DNA of 63,961 nt, filler included, from Octopus bimaculoides (Eukaryota): NCBI RefSeq assembly GCF_001194135.2. It is 4 parts of 4 records of this genome, joined end to end, with 100 filler letters (N's around TTAATTAATTAA, not from the genome) between each part and the next. Parts side by side here need not be neighbours in the genome. Positions count along the whole stretch, not along the records: positions 26,678 to 51,086 come from NC_068984.1; 3 more parts are not named here. One strand, 5' to 3'. This document shows, in pieces, positions 36,145 through 48,987 of the stretch (its first letter is position 1; each line of letters opens with the position of its first letter). The notes under the pieces were generated by a model, which was not told the DNA's origin, ran no database searches, and worked only from the letters and a program-made list of their open reading frames with translations. The position numbers were made by a program, and so were the translations under genes.

Positions 36145-39100
36145 AGGACACACATACATGTGCGTGTGTATGTGTATCTTTGTGTCTGCCCCCACCACCA
36201 CTTGACAACTGGTGTTGGTGTGTTTGTGTCCCCATAACTTAGTAGTTTGGCTAAAGTGACCAATAGAATAAGTACTAGGTAAAACCCTTCATGGCGATGC
36301 CCCAGTGTGCCGCAGTCAAATGACTGAAACCAGTAAAAGATAGTATTGCTAATTTTCTTATTTTGTGGTAACTTATGTAAACTGGGGGAACCAGTTGTTC
36401 AAGATTCAACCGAACTTTGACGTGTTGGTGCAAAAACATTGATGACATGAATTCAGACTTTTGCCTAACATATTCAACTCTTAATTTACGGTTAACTCTA
36501 GAAATGGCATCCAACTGCAAATTACTCCACCCTGCTCAGGCTCATTCGAAAATGTGCATACACCCACTAAATAAATGAGCAAATAAAATTTTTTATGTTA
36601 GCTTGTATTTTATGGAATTTTACTCATATCTTGCAATCTTGCCCATTTTAAACCTTTCTATAACATTTTACTGATCTGTTGCAGAGGTCAACAGACTTTT
36701 TAGGAGGTAGGCCAGATTGGAAATGTTTATTATTTGCAGGGCAAAGCAAATGAAAAAATATAACCCATTATCATACAAGGTTGTAGAAAAAGCATTTTTT
36801 AAAAACTTGTTTAATATTAAGTATCACCATAGAATGCCATACAGTGGAGACAAGAACAGTTTGAACATGCAAAAACACACTTTTTGCTTCATTATTTTCT
36901 TGTCAAAATCAATAGTTTCTGAGGAAAGTTATGTATCATTTGAAAGTTCTGGATGTGAACTTTCTTCTCATATAGTTTCAATTAAAATCTGACTTACATA
37001 TCATGTTAGATTCCCTGAAACATCCTGGTATTTCCTCGCATTTACAAAGTTTATCCTGTTTGTTTTTTGACCACGGAATGGTAGCCTTCATTCTAATTCA
37101 GTGTGCTTGAACATTATAACTTGAGTTATGTTAAAAAATCATACTGTCATGAAGGAGAAAGCTTTCACTTTATTTGGTATAAATGTTGATGGGGGTAGGT
37201 CTGATAATCGTTATGTAAAAGAGAAAATTTCATTTTTAATTTTCACTTAGAAAAGGACATTTTCTTCAAGATTTTTTTTATCATAAGAAAAAATAATTTC
37301 TCATAGATTCAATTTGGTCATTGCTAAATCTGGCCACAGTATGACAAAAAAAATACAAAGTGAGTAAAGAGGGTGGTATACTGATATTTTCACCAAACTG
37401 ACGTATTCGCATGCAGTGAGAGGTCAAACTGACATTCGCATTCAGTGAGAGGTCAAACGGAACACAAATCCAAGGTTTCAAATATCGAGTTTGAGCCAGA
37501 ATTTCAAGAAATTGGTGAACTAATTACTAAGTAAACATATTTCTACAAAAAAAAAAATGCACTAAATTGAGTTCAATAAGTCTTCTAGAGCCCAAACCTA
37601 ACAGGAAATTGTTGTATTGAGAATGTTGCTTATTTCCTTGGTGTCGTAACATGTGGAGAACTGCTGGACGAACGTAGCAGATATACTTGTACATGTAACT
37701 TTTGTTTTTCTTTAAGAAATATTGGTCAAATTCCGCCACTAAAAATATCATGCAATGAATATAATTTCAGATGTGATATTTTTACTTTCTGTTTTGGATA
37801 CAGTCAGGATAATTTGTGTCAGTGTTTATATATTTGTTTTGGTTTTTTTTTTCTCTTTCTGCTACTAGCGAGTTTGCTGTAAGTTGCAGATGTTGTCAAT
37901 GTCTTTAATTTATGTTTTTAATACTTAATGCAAGGAATTAGTTTTCACATTTTGTTTGTTTTTTAATCTAGGTCTACATGCAATTCTGAAAAAGGTATCA
38001 GGTAGTTGTGGGTTGTGCTAAAAACAATTAAATCTCCTTAAAATTACTCATGTTTTTGTTTGAAAATATTTTCGAATTTTTTTATTTTTTTATTTTTTTT
38101 TTACTGTAAAGGCTGCTCTCATTGTTTTTAAGTTTTAAGTGTATAGTGCAAACAAAATTGGTCCTCTGTGTGGGGTGGGGTTTGGAAAAAAATCATAAAT
38201 TTTCATAAAAAGCTTATCCCCATCATTTCCAAGACAGTGCTGCAAAAAAAAGAAATTGGAAAAACCCCCCCATCAACAGGGAGAAAATCCAACTTGTGTG
38301 GGTGTCTGGATTTGAAACTCTGCCATTTATAGCCATTTTTAATAGTCCACTCAAATTTTATTGAAATGTTGTCATGTTCCAAATTTACCTACTGCAAATG
38401 CACCAAACTCGAGTCTCTGTGACTTGTAATTTTGGATTTAACTAGGTCTGAAAACACTGTGAAATTGACTGTGACAAAATAGGCTTTACATAAATATTTA
38501 AAAAATCTCCCCACCCCCAAAAGGTTTGTTTTTCAAGAACCTGAAAAGAAATAGGCAACTATATCATGGTCACTATTAATTTGTGTAATTTGAAGATGAT
38601 TATCACCTCAGTTTCAAAGATATGACATCACAAATATAGCTAATTATTCATTTAGGCTAATTAGGCAAGATTTCAATAATTTTGCTGACCATTCAAATTG
38701 TCATATTTCCTAAAATATTCACCTAAATTTCACAAATGAGGTATCAAAATATTTCTTTTTGGATGCTCTCCAAGAAGTACAGTGGAATTTACATTTAAAT
38801 ATTTTCAAAAATTCACAGTCATATCAAAATCTGCTTTAATGAAGGATTCCCTGCATATTTCATTATGTAAAAATCATATTCTGTTGGGCTGAATGGAAGT
38901 TGGGGTTAATATCAGCAAGTTTGTCTGTTTCACTGGATGAATAAACATTTTTTGTCCTTCACTTGCTTTCTTAGAAATGGTTATTCATGTATACTACATT
39001 GTGACAATGAAATGGTATTAATCTGTTGCTAGAAGGTGAAAACATTTACTCCTTAAAATATCATACTGGAGGAAAACTCATTCTTTTACTTCAATTTTGT

Positions 39101-39219
39101 TAGAGATATTTAATTTCAGAGAAGGTGCAAGCATAGTTGTATGGTTAAGAAGTTCATTTTCCAATCACATGGTCACAGGTTCAGTCTCACTACCATTTGG
39201 TATTCATTTTTTTCTTTTA

Positions 39220-39560
39220 TATATATATTCTTTTACTTGTTTCAATCATTTGATTGTGGCCATCTAGGATTTATTTTTTAACCCTAGTACTTATTCTATC
39301 GGCCTCTTTTGCCAAATTGCTAAGTTACAGGTACATAAACATATCAACACTAGTTGTCAAGCAGTAATGGGGGAATAAACACAAACACAAGGACACACAT
39401 ATACGAAGGGCTTCTTTCAGTTTGTCTACCAAATCCACTCACAAGGCTTTGGTCGGCCTGAGGCTATTGTAGAAGACACTTGTCTAGAGTGCCATGCAGT
39501 GGGACTGAACCCGGAACCATGTGGTTGGGAAGCAAGCTTTTTAGCACACAACTACACCTG
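39220..39560 (-). mobile_element. SINE family A
   Basis: Reverse copy of head and tail. Confidence 0.85.
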
Positions 39561-39745
39561 TACCTACACACAAACACACACATGTATATACATACACACA
39601 CACACACACACGCATATATATTTATATGTATATATACACACACACATATATATACTGCCTATGTGGAAAATTGGTGTGTGTTTCTTTGTGGCATTGTTAG
39701 CTAACTCATACATCGTTTTACTGATTTTGATGAAACTTGATATGT

Positions 39746-40980
39746 GAGTAGAACTCATGTCTGGAAACCTTGTGACATACTTAGATTGTTGAAAAAAATC
39801 AATAATACGGCCCCCGGAAGGGATCTTTATATCTGCCTCATATAACTATTTTTTTTAAACACCCAAAGGAAATAACCCATAGCACCTACACAATATTTTT
39901 TTAAACACAAGGAAAATAACCCATAGCACCTGCACTTACAGTTGTTAGGTTTTAGCAAAGCGATCAATATTTGATTCTCACGATCAGCAGACTTAATCCT
40001 GCATTTCACTACTCACAGTTTTCAACTGCTAAACCTCATTATTGCACGGTTTGATCCATGTACACTTTCAATGCCCATAACTCCAATAGTTCTGCATTTT
40101 TCCAGATGACAGTACATAAATTTTTGATTCCAGATTCAGCGGACCTAATTCTGCATTTCACTACTCAGTTTTCAACTGCTAAACCTTATTATTGCACTTT
40201 CTTGATGCATGTACACTTTCAATGCCCATAACTCTGATAATTTTGCATTTTTTCCAGTTAAAACTTTTCGATGACAGTACATAAATTTTTGATTCCAGAA
40301 CGTATTTAATGTGTCGCAATAAAATGAACTCATACTTTGAATGCTTAAAATTCTTAAAAAATGAAACCAAACTTCCACACCACATTCAGTTGGGACACCC
40401 TGTATCACTTATACTTATTTTACAAATCATAATATTTATTGCTTATTTACAGTTCATACATTTTCATGAAACTAATTGAGCCATCAAATTTAGAAATATT
40501 TTACAGTTTTCATCGTTTTTTTTTTGTGTGTCCAATTTCTAATTTTTGCAGACAATATCACTTTTATACTCTATTTCACACGCGAGTAGAACTCCTGTCA
40601 GGAAACTTCGTGACATACTTAGATTCTTGAGAAAAATCGATAATAGGGCCCCTCCAATAGATCCTTCTATCTACTACATATTACTAATATTTTATTTAAA
40701 CAACCCAAGGGAAATAAACCATACCACCTGCAGTTTTTAACAAAGCAATCAATATTTGATTCTCACGATCAGCTGACCTAATTCTGCATTTCACTATTCA
40801 GTTTCGAACTGCTAAACATTATTATTGCATTTTCTTGATTTGAATCTTAAACCTTAGACTTCATTCATACATTTCTATACATACATACTTTTTTTAATGC
40901 CCATTACTCCGATAGTTCTGTATTTTTACAGTTACACTTTTTTCCATGACAGTAGATAAATTTTTTATTCCACAATGTAT
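39746..40980. repeat. Two direct copies (offset about 840 bp) of an unclassified unit with internal subrepeats
   Basis: gagtagaactc...gtgacatacttagatt at 39746 and 40584. ctgcatttcacta...aactgctaaac occurs three times. Tc1-type end gggacaccctg|ta at about 40402. Confidence 0.75.
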
Positions 40981-41412
40981 TTGTAGTGGCTTCATGCAGG
41001 CATAGCGTGGATTCAATCTTCGATTGCCAAATTTCAATTAACACTTCAACAGTGCTTTTCTCATGGTAAAACAATAGTTTTTCTGTGAATGACAACAATT
41101 ATACATCTCCCAGATGCCTTCGCTAAGCAAAATAATGTCTTTGCCACTTGACCCTTCTAATCTCTTCAAGGCTACCAGGGGCTGCAATGGAGATAACAGA
41201 CCTCCAACAAAATCATTTGTTCTCAAGAATATGTCTATCCTTCTGGCTGCTTTTCGATACTTATAAAAACAAGAACTTCATAAGCTAAAGGCAGTTACTG
41301 AGAGCGACCATCAGTGAGTGTGAACGTTATTATTGCACTCTCTTCATTTCATTCTTAAACATTAAACACTTCATTCATATATTTATATACATATATACTA
41401 CATTTATATATT

Positions 41413-44400
41413 ATCGTCATCATCATCATCATTGTCGTTTAACGTCTGCTTTCCATGCTGGCATGGGTTAGACGGTTTGACTGAGGACTGGCAAGCCAGA
41501 TGGCTGCACCTGGCTCCAGTCTGATCTGGCAAAGTTTCTACAGCTGGATGCCCTTCCTAATGCCAACCACTCTGAGAGTGTAGTGGGTACTTTTACATGC
41601 CACCTGCATGGGAGCCAGTCCTGCAGCACTGGCAATGACCATGCTCGAATGTTGTTTTTCACATGCCACTGGCACATATGCCAGTAAGGCGATGTTGACA
41701 ACGATCCTGCTTGAATGGTACTTCTTACGTGCCACCGGCACGGGAGCCAGTCTGCGGCTCTGGCAACGGGCGCGCTCGGATGGTGCTTTTAATGTTCCAC
41801 TAGCACGTGTGCCAATCAGGCAGTACTGTCATTGGCCACATCAGCGATTTTGATTTCACTTGCCTCAACAGGTCTTCGCAAGCAAAGTTTATTCTCCAAT
41901 GAATGAAAGGCACTCATAAGTGGGCTGGTTATACACCACTGGCATAGGCCACGGGTTATGGTCTTACTTGGCTTGTCGGGTTTTCTCAATCACATCATAT
42001 CTCCAAAGGTCTCAGTCCTAGTCATTGCCTAAGTGAGGCTCAATGTTCGAAGGTCGTGCTTCACCACCTCATCCCAGGTGTTGCTGGGTCTACTTCTTCC
42101 ACAGGTTCCCTCAACTGCTAAGGTGTAACACTTTTTCACACATGACCATACCAGTGCAGTCGTCTCGCTTCTTAAGTCCAACTTTTTTCTCGGCGCTTAC
42201 ACTCTGTCGTGTATTCACACTGACATTACATATCCAGCGGAGCATACTGGCTTCATTCATTGCAAGCTTACGCATGTCCTCAGCAGTCATGGCCCATATT
42301 TCACTGCCATGTAGCATGGCTATTCATACACATGCGTCATACAATCTATCTTTTTACTCTGCGTGAGAGGCTTTTTGTCACCAGCAGAGGTAGGAGCTCT
42401 CTGAACTTTGCCCGGGCTATCCTTATTCTAGCAGCTACACTTTCAGTGCACCCTCCCCCGCTACTAACTTGGTCACCTAGGTAATGGAAGCTATCAACTA
42501 CTTCTAGTTTTTCTCCCTGGAGTGTGGCAGAAGTTGTTTTCTGCACATTCACAGTGTTTATTGCTCCTGAACATGTGTCACATACAAAAACTAGTTAGCC
42601 TTCCTTTCATATTGCTGCACCTCTTATGTGCCCATAGCTTACACTGGATACATTTTATGGAGTTTCTACCTATGCCTTTTCTACAGATCAAGCAGGGCCA
42701 TCCACCTGAAGGGATTTGTGGTTTGTCTGCCTTCCTACTTATGAGGACTTTGTTTTTTGCTAGGTTGACTCTAATACCCTTCAATTCTAATCCTTGCTTC
42801 CACACCTGAAACTTTTCCTCAGCAATTAGAACAAGGTCATCAGCATAGAGGAGTGCCCAAGGGGCATCCTGTCTTGAATTCCTGTGTTATTGCCTGGAGC
42901 ACTATGATTAATAGGAGGGAGCTGAGGACTGAACCTTGGTGGACCCCTACCTCTACCCGGAATTCTTCATTGTACTCGTTGCCAACCCTCACCTTACTGA
43001 CAGCATCCTTGTACATGGCTTGCACAGCTATCACTAACCATTCATTTATCCCTAGTTTCCTCATTAACCACCAGATAGGGATCGGGGGAACCTGTCAAAA
43101 GCTTTCTCCGTGTCAACAAAAGCCAGGTACAGAGGTTTATCTTTGGCTAGGTATTTCTCCTGCAGCTATCTTACCCGAAATATAGCATCAGTGATGCTTT
43201 TCCCTGGCATATACCTAAACTGCATCTTATCTAAACTGACTCTCTCCCTAATTAGTTGGGCTATGACCCTCTCCGTGACCTTTATTACCTGATTCAACAA
43301 CTTGCTATCTCTGTAATTATTTGTATGTAAAGCATCACCTTTACCTTTGTAGCAGTTGACTATGGTGCTGCTACACCAGTCATTGGGTATGACTCCTTCA
43401 TGTATCACCTGGTTGACTATACAAGTGACTAGGCTATAGCTGACACTGCCAGATATTTTGAGCCTCTCTGCAGTGATTCCTGATGGGCCGGGGGCTTTCT
43501 CTGGCTTCATACCTTTAATTGCTTTATCTACTGTCAATTCGGATAGCTGGTCCCTCTGTTGGGTTGGCATTCGGCAGACTTTCTTTCTCCCATTCATTGT
43601 CTTTATTTAGCAGCCTTTCATAGTGGTGTCTCCAAACCTCTCTCTTTGCAGCCTCATTTAATGCAAGTGAACCATCATCCATGCGGACACATTTCTCTCC
43701 TACGACATCACGATTCTCTCTCACACACTGTCTTGCAATATGAAACACTTCAAGTCTTTGGTCTTCATGACGCAGAACATTGGCAAATTTTTTCTTATCT
43801 GTTTCCTCTCTGGTTAAATAAACCTGTCTCCTAGCTTCCCTTCTGGCAGTCTGATACAGTTCCCTGCTACCACCATTCTTCCAGTCCTTCCAAGCCTGTT
43901 TCTTTTCCCTAATGGCCCTGTCAACAACATTGTTCCACCAACATCTTACCTTTGGTCGAAAGGGGACTTTGCACCATCCACAGATCTAGTTAGTGGCCCT
44001 CAGCAGGTTGTCCCGTAGAAACCTCCAGTTGTCTTCCACATCATGTGATGCTATATCCCCCTCTATTTCGTCAAAGGTTTTGAGTAATACGTCTCTAAAT
44101 CTCTGTCCATTCGCAGGATCTTTAAGCTTCCAGACCCTTCCCCTCCAAGCTGGTCGTCTTCTGGGCATCGATTTAGCCCTGATCCTGAAGTCACTAACTA
44201 CCAGTCTATGTTGTGGGGTGCATTCTTCACCTGGGAAGGTTTTGGCATCTATAAGCAGCCATCTTACCCTTTTCCTGGCAAGGATGTAGTCAATTTTGGC
44301 TAGTGTGTCTACCAGATTGGTAGGTGTCTGGCAGGTTTTCTGAAGTTAGTATTGCAAACCATAAGATCATTTGCATTGCAGAACTCCAGCAGACTGGTCC

Positions 44401-45026
44401 CCTCCTCATTGCGGGAACCAAAACCCCAGCCTCCATGTACGCCATGGAAGCCCCCTGCATGTTGTCCAACATGTCCATTGAAGTCACCAGCCACAAAGAA
44501 AAGGTCTCTGTCATTTGTCAATGAGGTAGTCAGTGAGAGGGTGTCATAAAATCGGTCTTTCTGTCTGTCGGATAGCCTGGGCTGAGGGGCATAGGCCGAG
44601 AAATGGTTGCTAACCCATGATGTAGCACTAATCTAATCTTAAGTATTCTATCGCATACTCTGACTACGTCGATTACCTTATCAATACATTTCTCCACAAG
44701 AAGTATACCCATGCCCCTGACCCCATCAGTGTTCCCAGCCCAGAAAATCCTGTACCTACGTTCTTTGCTTGTGAGGAACCTAGCGGAACCTCCTCTCCAC
44801 CTTACTTCTTGGATGCAACACAGATCTACACGTCTCCGTTCAAGCATCTCAACAATCTCAACAGACTTACCTTTCAGTGTGCCCACGTTGAGCATGCCAA
44901 CGCTGAAGGTGTGGGTTGGGTGGGCTCGTGAGACCCTGGGATGGGGAACAGCAGCGTTATGTACCTGAAAAGAAAGCTCACATCTGGCAGAATCATATAC
45001 AAAACAAATAATAGCCTTCAACCTGC
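41413..45026 (-). mobile_element. Near full-length RTE (BovB-like) LINE, decayed
   Basis: APE endonuclease (LNVGTL, CCIQEVRW, GDFNGHVG, NTNFRK), RT (GVHQGSVLS, LLYADDL), C-terminal region and (CAT)n tail; many frameshifts and deletions. Confidence 0.95.
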
Positions 45027-45484
45027 ATATACTACACCATCATTTTTATGCGCCACATAGGAGATAAAACCTAAGTAGAGGTGGGGATGGCGTTAAGCCT
45101 TTAGAAGTGTTCATGGGAGACAACCAAAAGATGTCAAAGGATTGGGACTTCCGGTACAGGGGGTGGGGTGGGATGGCGGGCTTACTGCGAAATAGCAGAA
45201 TTAGAGAACATCTGGATTTGTATTCTTTTGGCAGAGTTATTAAAATGAAGTAGCGGAATCCGAGTGAGCTAGTCTATATAGGGGTGGTGGAGGAGGGGGA
45301 AGTGTTGGAGAAGAAAGTGGTTATAGAAACAGAGAGAGACCAGAGTTAGGGTGGTCAAGGATAGAATACGAGGGAGAAATATATTCTTTTGGGATTTTAG
45401 CTAACATAATTTAATGAAACAACACATGTTATCAAGTGAAAAATCTTAGAATTTTCGGTCAGCTAATCTATGACAAAATTAGAG

Positions 45485-45981
45485 GGAAAGATTCTGCCCT
45501 TCCCCCATTTTCTCGCAATTTTTTTTCTTTTAAATCTTTTTTTTGCCAAAAGCCCATGTTTTCGGATACAGAGATTCCAGAAAATTGCAAAAAATCAGAA
45601 TTAATCCCCCCACAATTTCTTCATTTTTCACTATTTCCCATAGCCCTAACCCTAAAACTCCAACCCTAACCCTATCCCCCAAACCATAAAACCCTAATCT
45701 TAAAACTGTAACCCTAACCCTAAATAGAAAAATTTTTGGAAAGCTTTGTCAAAATCATAATCTCCATATTGTTTTGCATATTTAAAAAAAAAAAAAATAT
45801 TTCTGATAAAAGTTAAAAATGAAGAATTTAGTGGGTGGGGAGGGGTAATTTCAAAATGCTGATTTTTGCCAATTTTTTTGCAGATTTGTATTCTCCGTAG
45901 CCAAAAACGGGGGTTTGTGTAGAAAAAAAAAATTAAATGAAAAAAGGGGTGTTTTGTGGGGAGACAAAAGGAGGTCTTGTC
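45485..45981. mobile_element. 497-bp MITE with 8-bp TSD AATTAGAG, imperfect long TIRs and a CCCTAA array (45644-45723)
   Basis: TSD at 45477-45484 and 45982-45989; empty paralogous site at 49306-49313. Confidence 0.8.
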
Positions 45982-46472
45982 AATTAGAGAAGTAAGTGGT
46001 GATGTGACAAAATTGAGTAAATGAATAAGTGACAATGTAAATGCGGAGTTATTAAAATGAAATAACGGAATCCGAGTGAACTAGTTTATATAGGGTGGGG
46101 TGGTGGAGGAGGGTGAAGTGTTGGAGAAGCAAATGGTTATTGAGAGAGAGGGGGGGACCAGGGTTAGGGTGGTCAAGGATAGAACACGAGGGAGAAATAT
46201 GAATATATTCTTTTGGGATTTTGGGTAACATAATTTAACCCTTTAGTGTTCAAATCGGCTGTAACCGGCCAAAATTAATTCCCCTTTATTTGTTCAAGCT
46301 GGCCGTCTCTGACTGCTCTATGAAATCACTAAAAAAATCACGTTATTGAATTCTCGTAGCTTTGAGATAATGCGAGATGAAACTTTTCCCGCCTTTATTC
46401 AAGTATAAATACTGTGAAATTCTTTAGACCACATTGGTTTTTCCAACGTTTGAAGAGAAGTGTGTACCTTAG

Positions 46473-48053
46473 TTGTTAAAGAAATTGGCGTCAGCAAGTA
46501 GCGATTCCAACTTTGAAGGTTTTACTCTTGACGATAAAGAAAATATAAATGAAAACAAGAGTATTTTGTCTTTGGATGAATCTGGTATCGATATTAGTGA
46601 TTATTCATCGGACGAGGAAGATTTTGAGAGCAAAAGTGATGAAAATGATATCATAAACATGGCAACATGGTCAAAGATTACAACACCAATCACTATTCCT
46701 GATTTCACAGAAAACACTGGTCCACAACATAATTTGCCTCCTGATGCTCAACCATTGGGCTATCTCTTTTTATTTTTACCAGAAAGGTTTTTTGAAAATG
46801 TGGAGGAAACAAACAAATATGCACAACGTTTAATTTCTATTCGCGGAAGAAACGATCCACTATGGCAGCCAACTTATACTGTAGAAATGAGTGTATTTTT
46901 CACAATTAATATTATGTTTGATGTTAACAGCTTCCGTGACTGTGAAACTACTGGAGTCCTGAATTAAGGTAATGGCGATCCATATAGCTCAAGTATAATG
47001 TTGAAGACAAGGTATTCGAAAATATCTCAGAATTTGCATTTAACTGATTCTGCTAATGCCCCCAGCAAAAACGACCCAAAGTATGATCCCCTGTACAAAG
47101 TATGTCCTGTAACTGATTTACTTGTTAATAATTATAAAACTGTGTATTTACCTCGGAAAAATCTCAGTGTAGATGAAGCCATGATAGGTTATAAGGGCAG
47201 AGTACATTTTCGGCAGTACATGCCTGCCAAACCTACTAAATGGGGGATCAAAGTATGGGAAGTTTGTGAATCAGAGACTGGATACTGTGTAAACTTCGAT
47301 GTTTACACAGGTAAAAAAATATAATGGAAACAGACTGCATGGATTGGGACATGATGTTGTATGGTCTCTTACACAACCATTTCACCATCAGCACCGACAC
47401 ATCTTGACCATTTCTTTTCTTGAGTGGCTTTGGCAGAAAATTTTGCCCATGTAAGTACTTACATGTGCAGTACTGTTATGAGAAACCATAAAGGTTTACC
47501 CCATGAAATGAAAATAAAATTAAAAAATAGAGGGGACATTTTACAGATGCAAAAAGAAGATCTACTAATTACTGCATATAAAGACAAAAGACAGATTTTA
47601 TTTCTGTCTACTAATGAACAACCTGGTGTTGGCGCTGAGGGGAAGCCCCTAGTGAATATTTGTTATAACAAATATATGGGTGGGATTGATAAATCCGACC
47701 AAATCGGGCATATTACCCAGTTGGTTGACCTAGGAAGATACCTCTGCCACCAAAGGACTATGACCACTTGAAATTTCAGGTTGATATAGCACCTCAGTTA
47801 CGTGAGGGCTTTTCTTCTAGAAAGTACAGAACCGAGAGAAAAGCAAAATTAACTGAGGTGGATGTCAAAAGAAAAAATATCAACTTTCATAAAATCGAAA
47901 AGATAAATGGAAAAAAGTTTGCAGACTGTGTTCGCTGCAAAAAAGAAAAGCGGCAAAGGGTGTCAGATTGAGACTTTGTATATGTGTTCCTTTTGCAAAG
48001 TGCCCCTGTGTAAAGGGTGCTTTGGACAGTTTCATGACAGAAATATGTCATAA
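46473..48053 (+). pseudogene. piggyBac transposase (PGBD4-like), disrupted
   Basis: Acidic N-terminus, NLSVDEAMIGYKGRVHFRQYMPAKPTKWGIKVW, YNKYMGGIDKSDQ, and a C-terminal CxxC...CxxCxxxxCxxCF.FH domain; stops and frameshifts. Confidence 0.92.
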
Positions 48054-48454
48054 CTATATAATTTTGTATATTCCTTTTCATTTTATTATAAATAATATAT
48101 GAAAGTGAGAAATACATATTAATTTTCAGGATGTTACACACCTGTATTCACCTTTGTCTCACCTGTTAATGAGATTTTTTTCTTAGATGCATTCTATTAT
48201 GTGAATGAATTCATTAAATTGTATAAGGGTACATAGCCAATGGTATATTGACTAGTAAACGCGTTTTGTACTTTATTTTCAATGAAAACATTTAAATGAA
48301 ATATAGAAAAAGAATAAAGTCTTGTACTGATTACACCTGTATTTTAATTGAAAAATGTAAAATTGTTGGCGGTTGACATCTGGGATAATTTTAGTAACAA
48401 ATTAAACAAGATGTATTAAGAATATGAATTTTAGTGTTTAGAAAAGCTGAACAT

Positions 48455-48987
48455 CTTGAGAGAAAAGCTGAACATTAGAAGCATCAGTTGTGGCGTGCAA
48501 GAGAGACGATTGCGCTGGTATGGACATGTGGTGAGAATGGAGGAGGATAGCTGCGTGAGAAAGTGCCACACCCTAACAGTTGAGGGAACCCGTGGAAGAG
48601 GTAGGCCCAGGAAGACCTGGGCTGAGGTGGTGAGGCAAGACCTTCGTACACTGGGCCTCACCGATGCGATGACTACGGACCGAGACCTTTGGAAATGTGC
48701 TGTGCGTGAGAAGACTCGGCAAGCCAAGTAAGATCGTTGCCAGTGCCCCTGGACTGGCTTGTGCGGGTGGCACATAAAAAGACACCATTTCGAGCGTGGC
48801 CGTTTTCGTGCGGGTGACACGTAAAAGCACCCACTACACTCTCTGAGTGGTTGGCGTTAGGAAGGGCATCCAGCTGTAGAAACTCTGCCAAATCAGACTG
48901 GAGCCTGGTGTTGCCATCCAGTTTCACCAGTCCTCAGTCAAATCGTCCAACCCATGCTAGCATGGAAAGCGGACGTTAAACGATGAT
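48455..48987 (+). mobile_element. Young 5'-truncated RTE LINE inserted in the piggyBac 3' region
   Basis: Intact C-terminus RLRWYGHVVRM...GRGRPRKTW, full 3'UTR with CpGs retained, GAT tail. Confidence 0.92.

Noticed and set aside
41040-41110. CFSHGK as a Helitron helicase CFSHGQLYV motif
   Set aside because: The match is only five residues and the neighbouring helicase motifs are absent.
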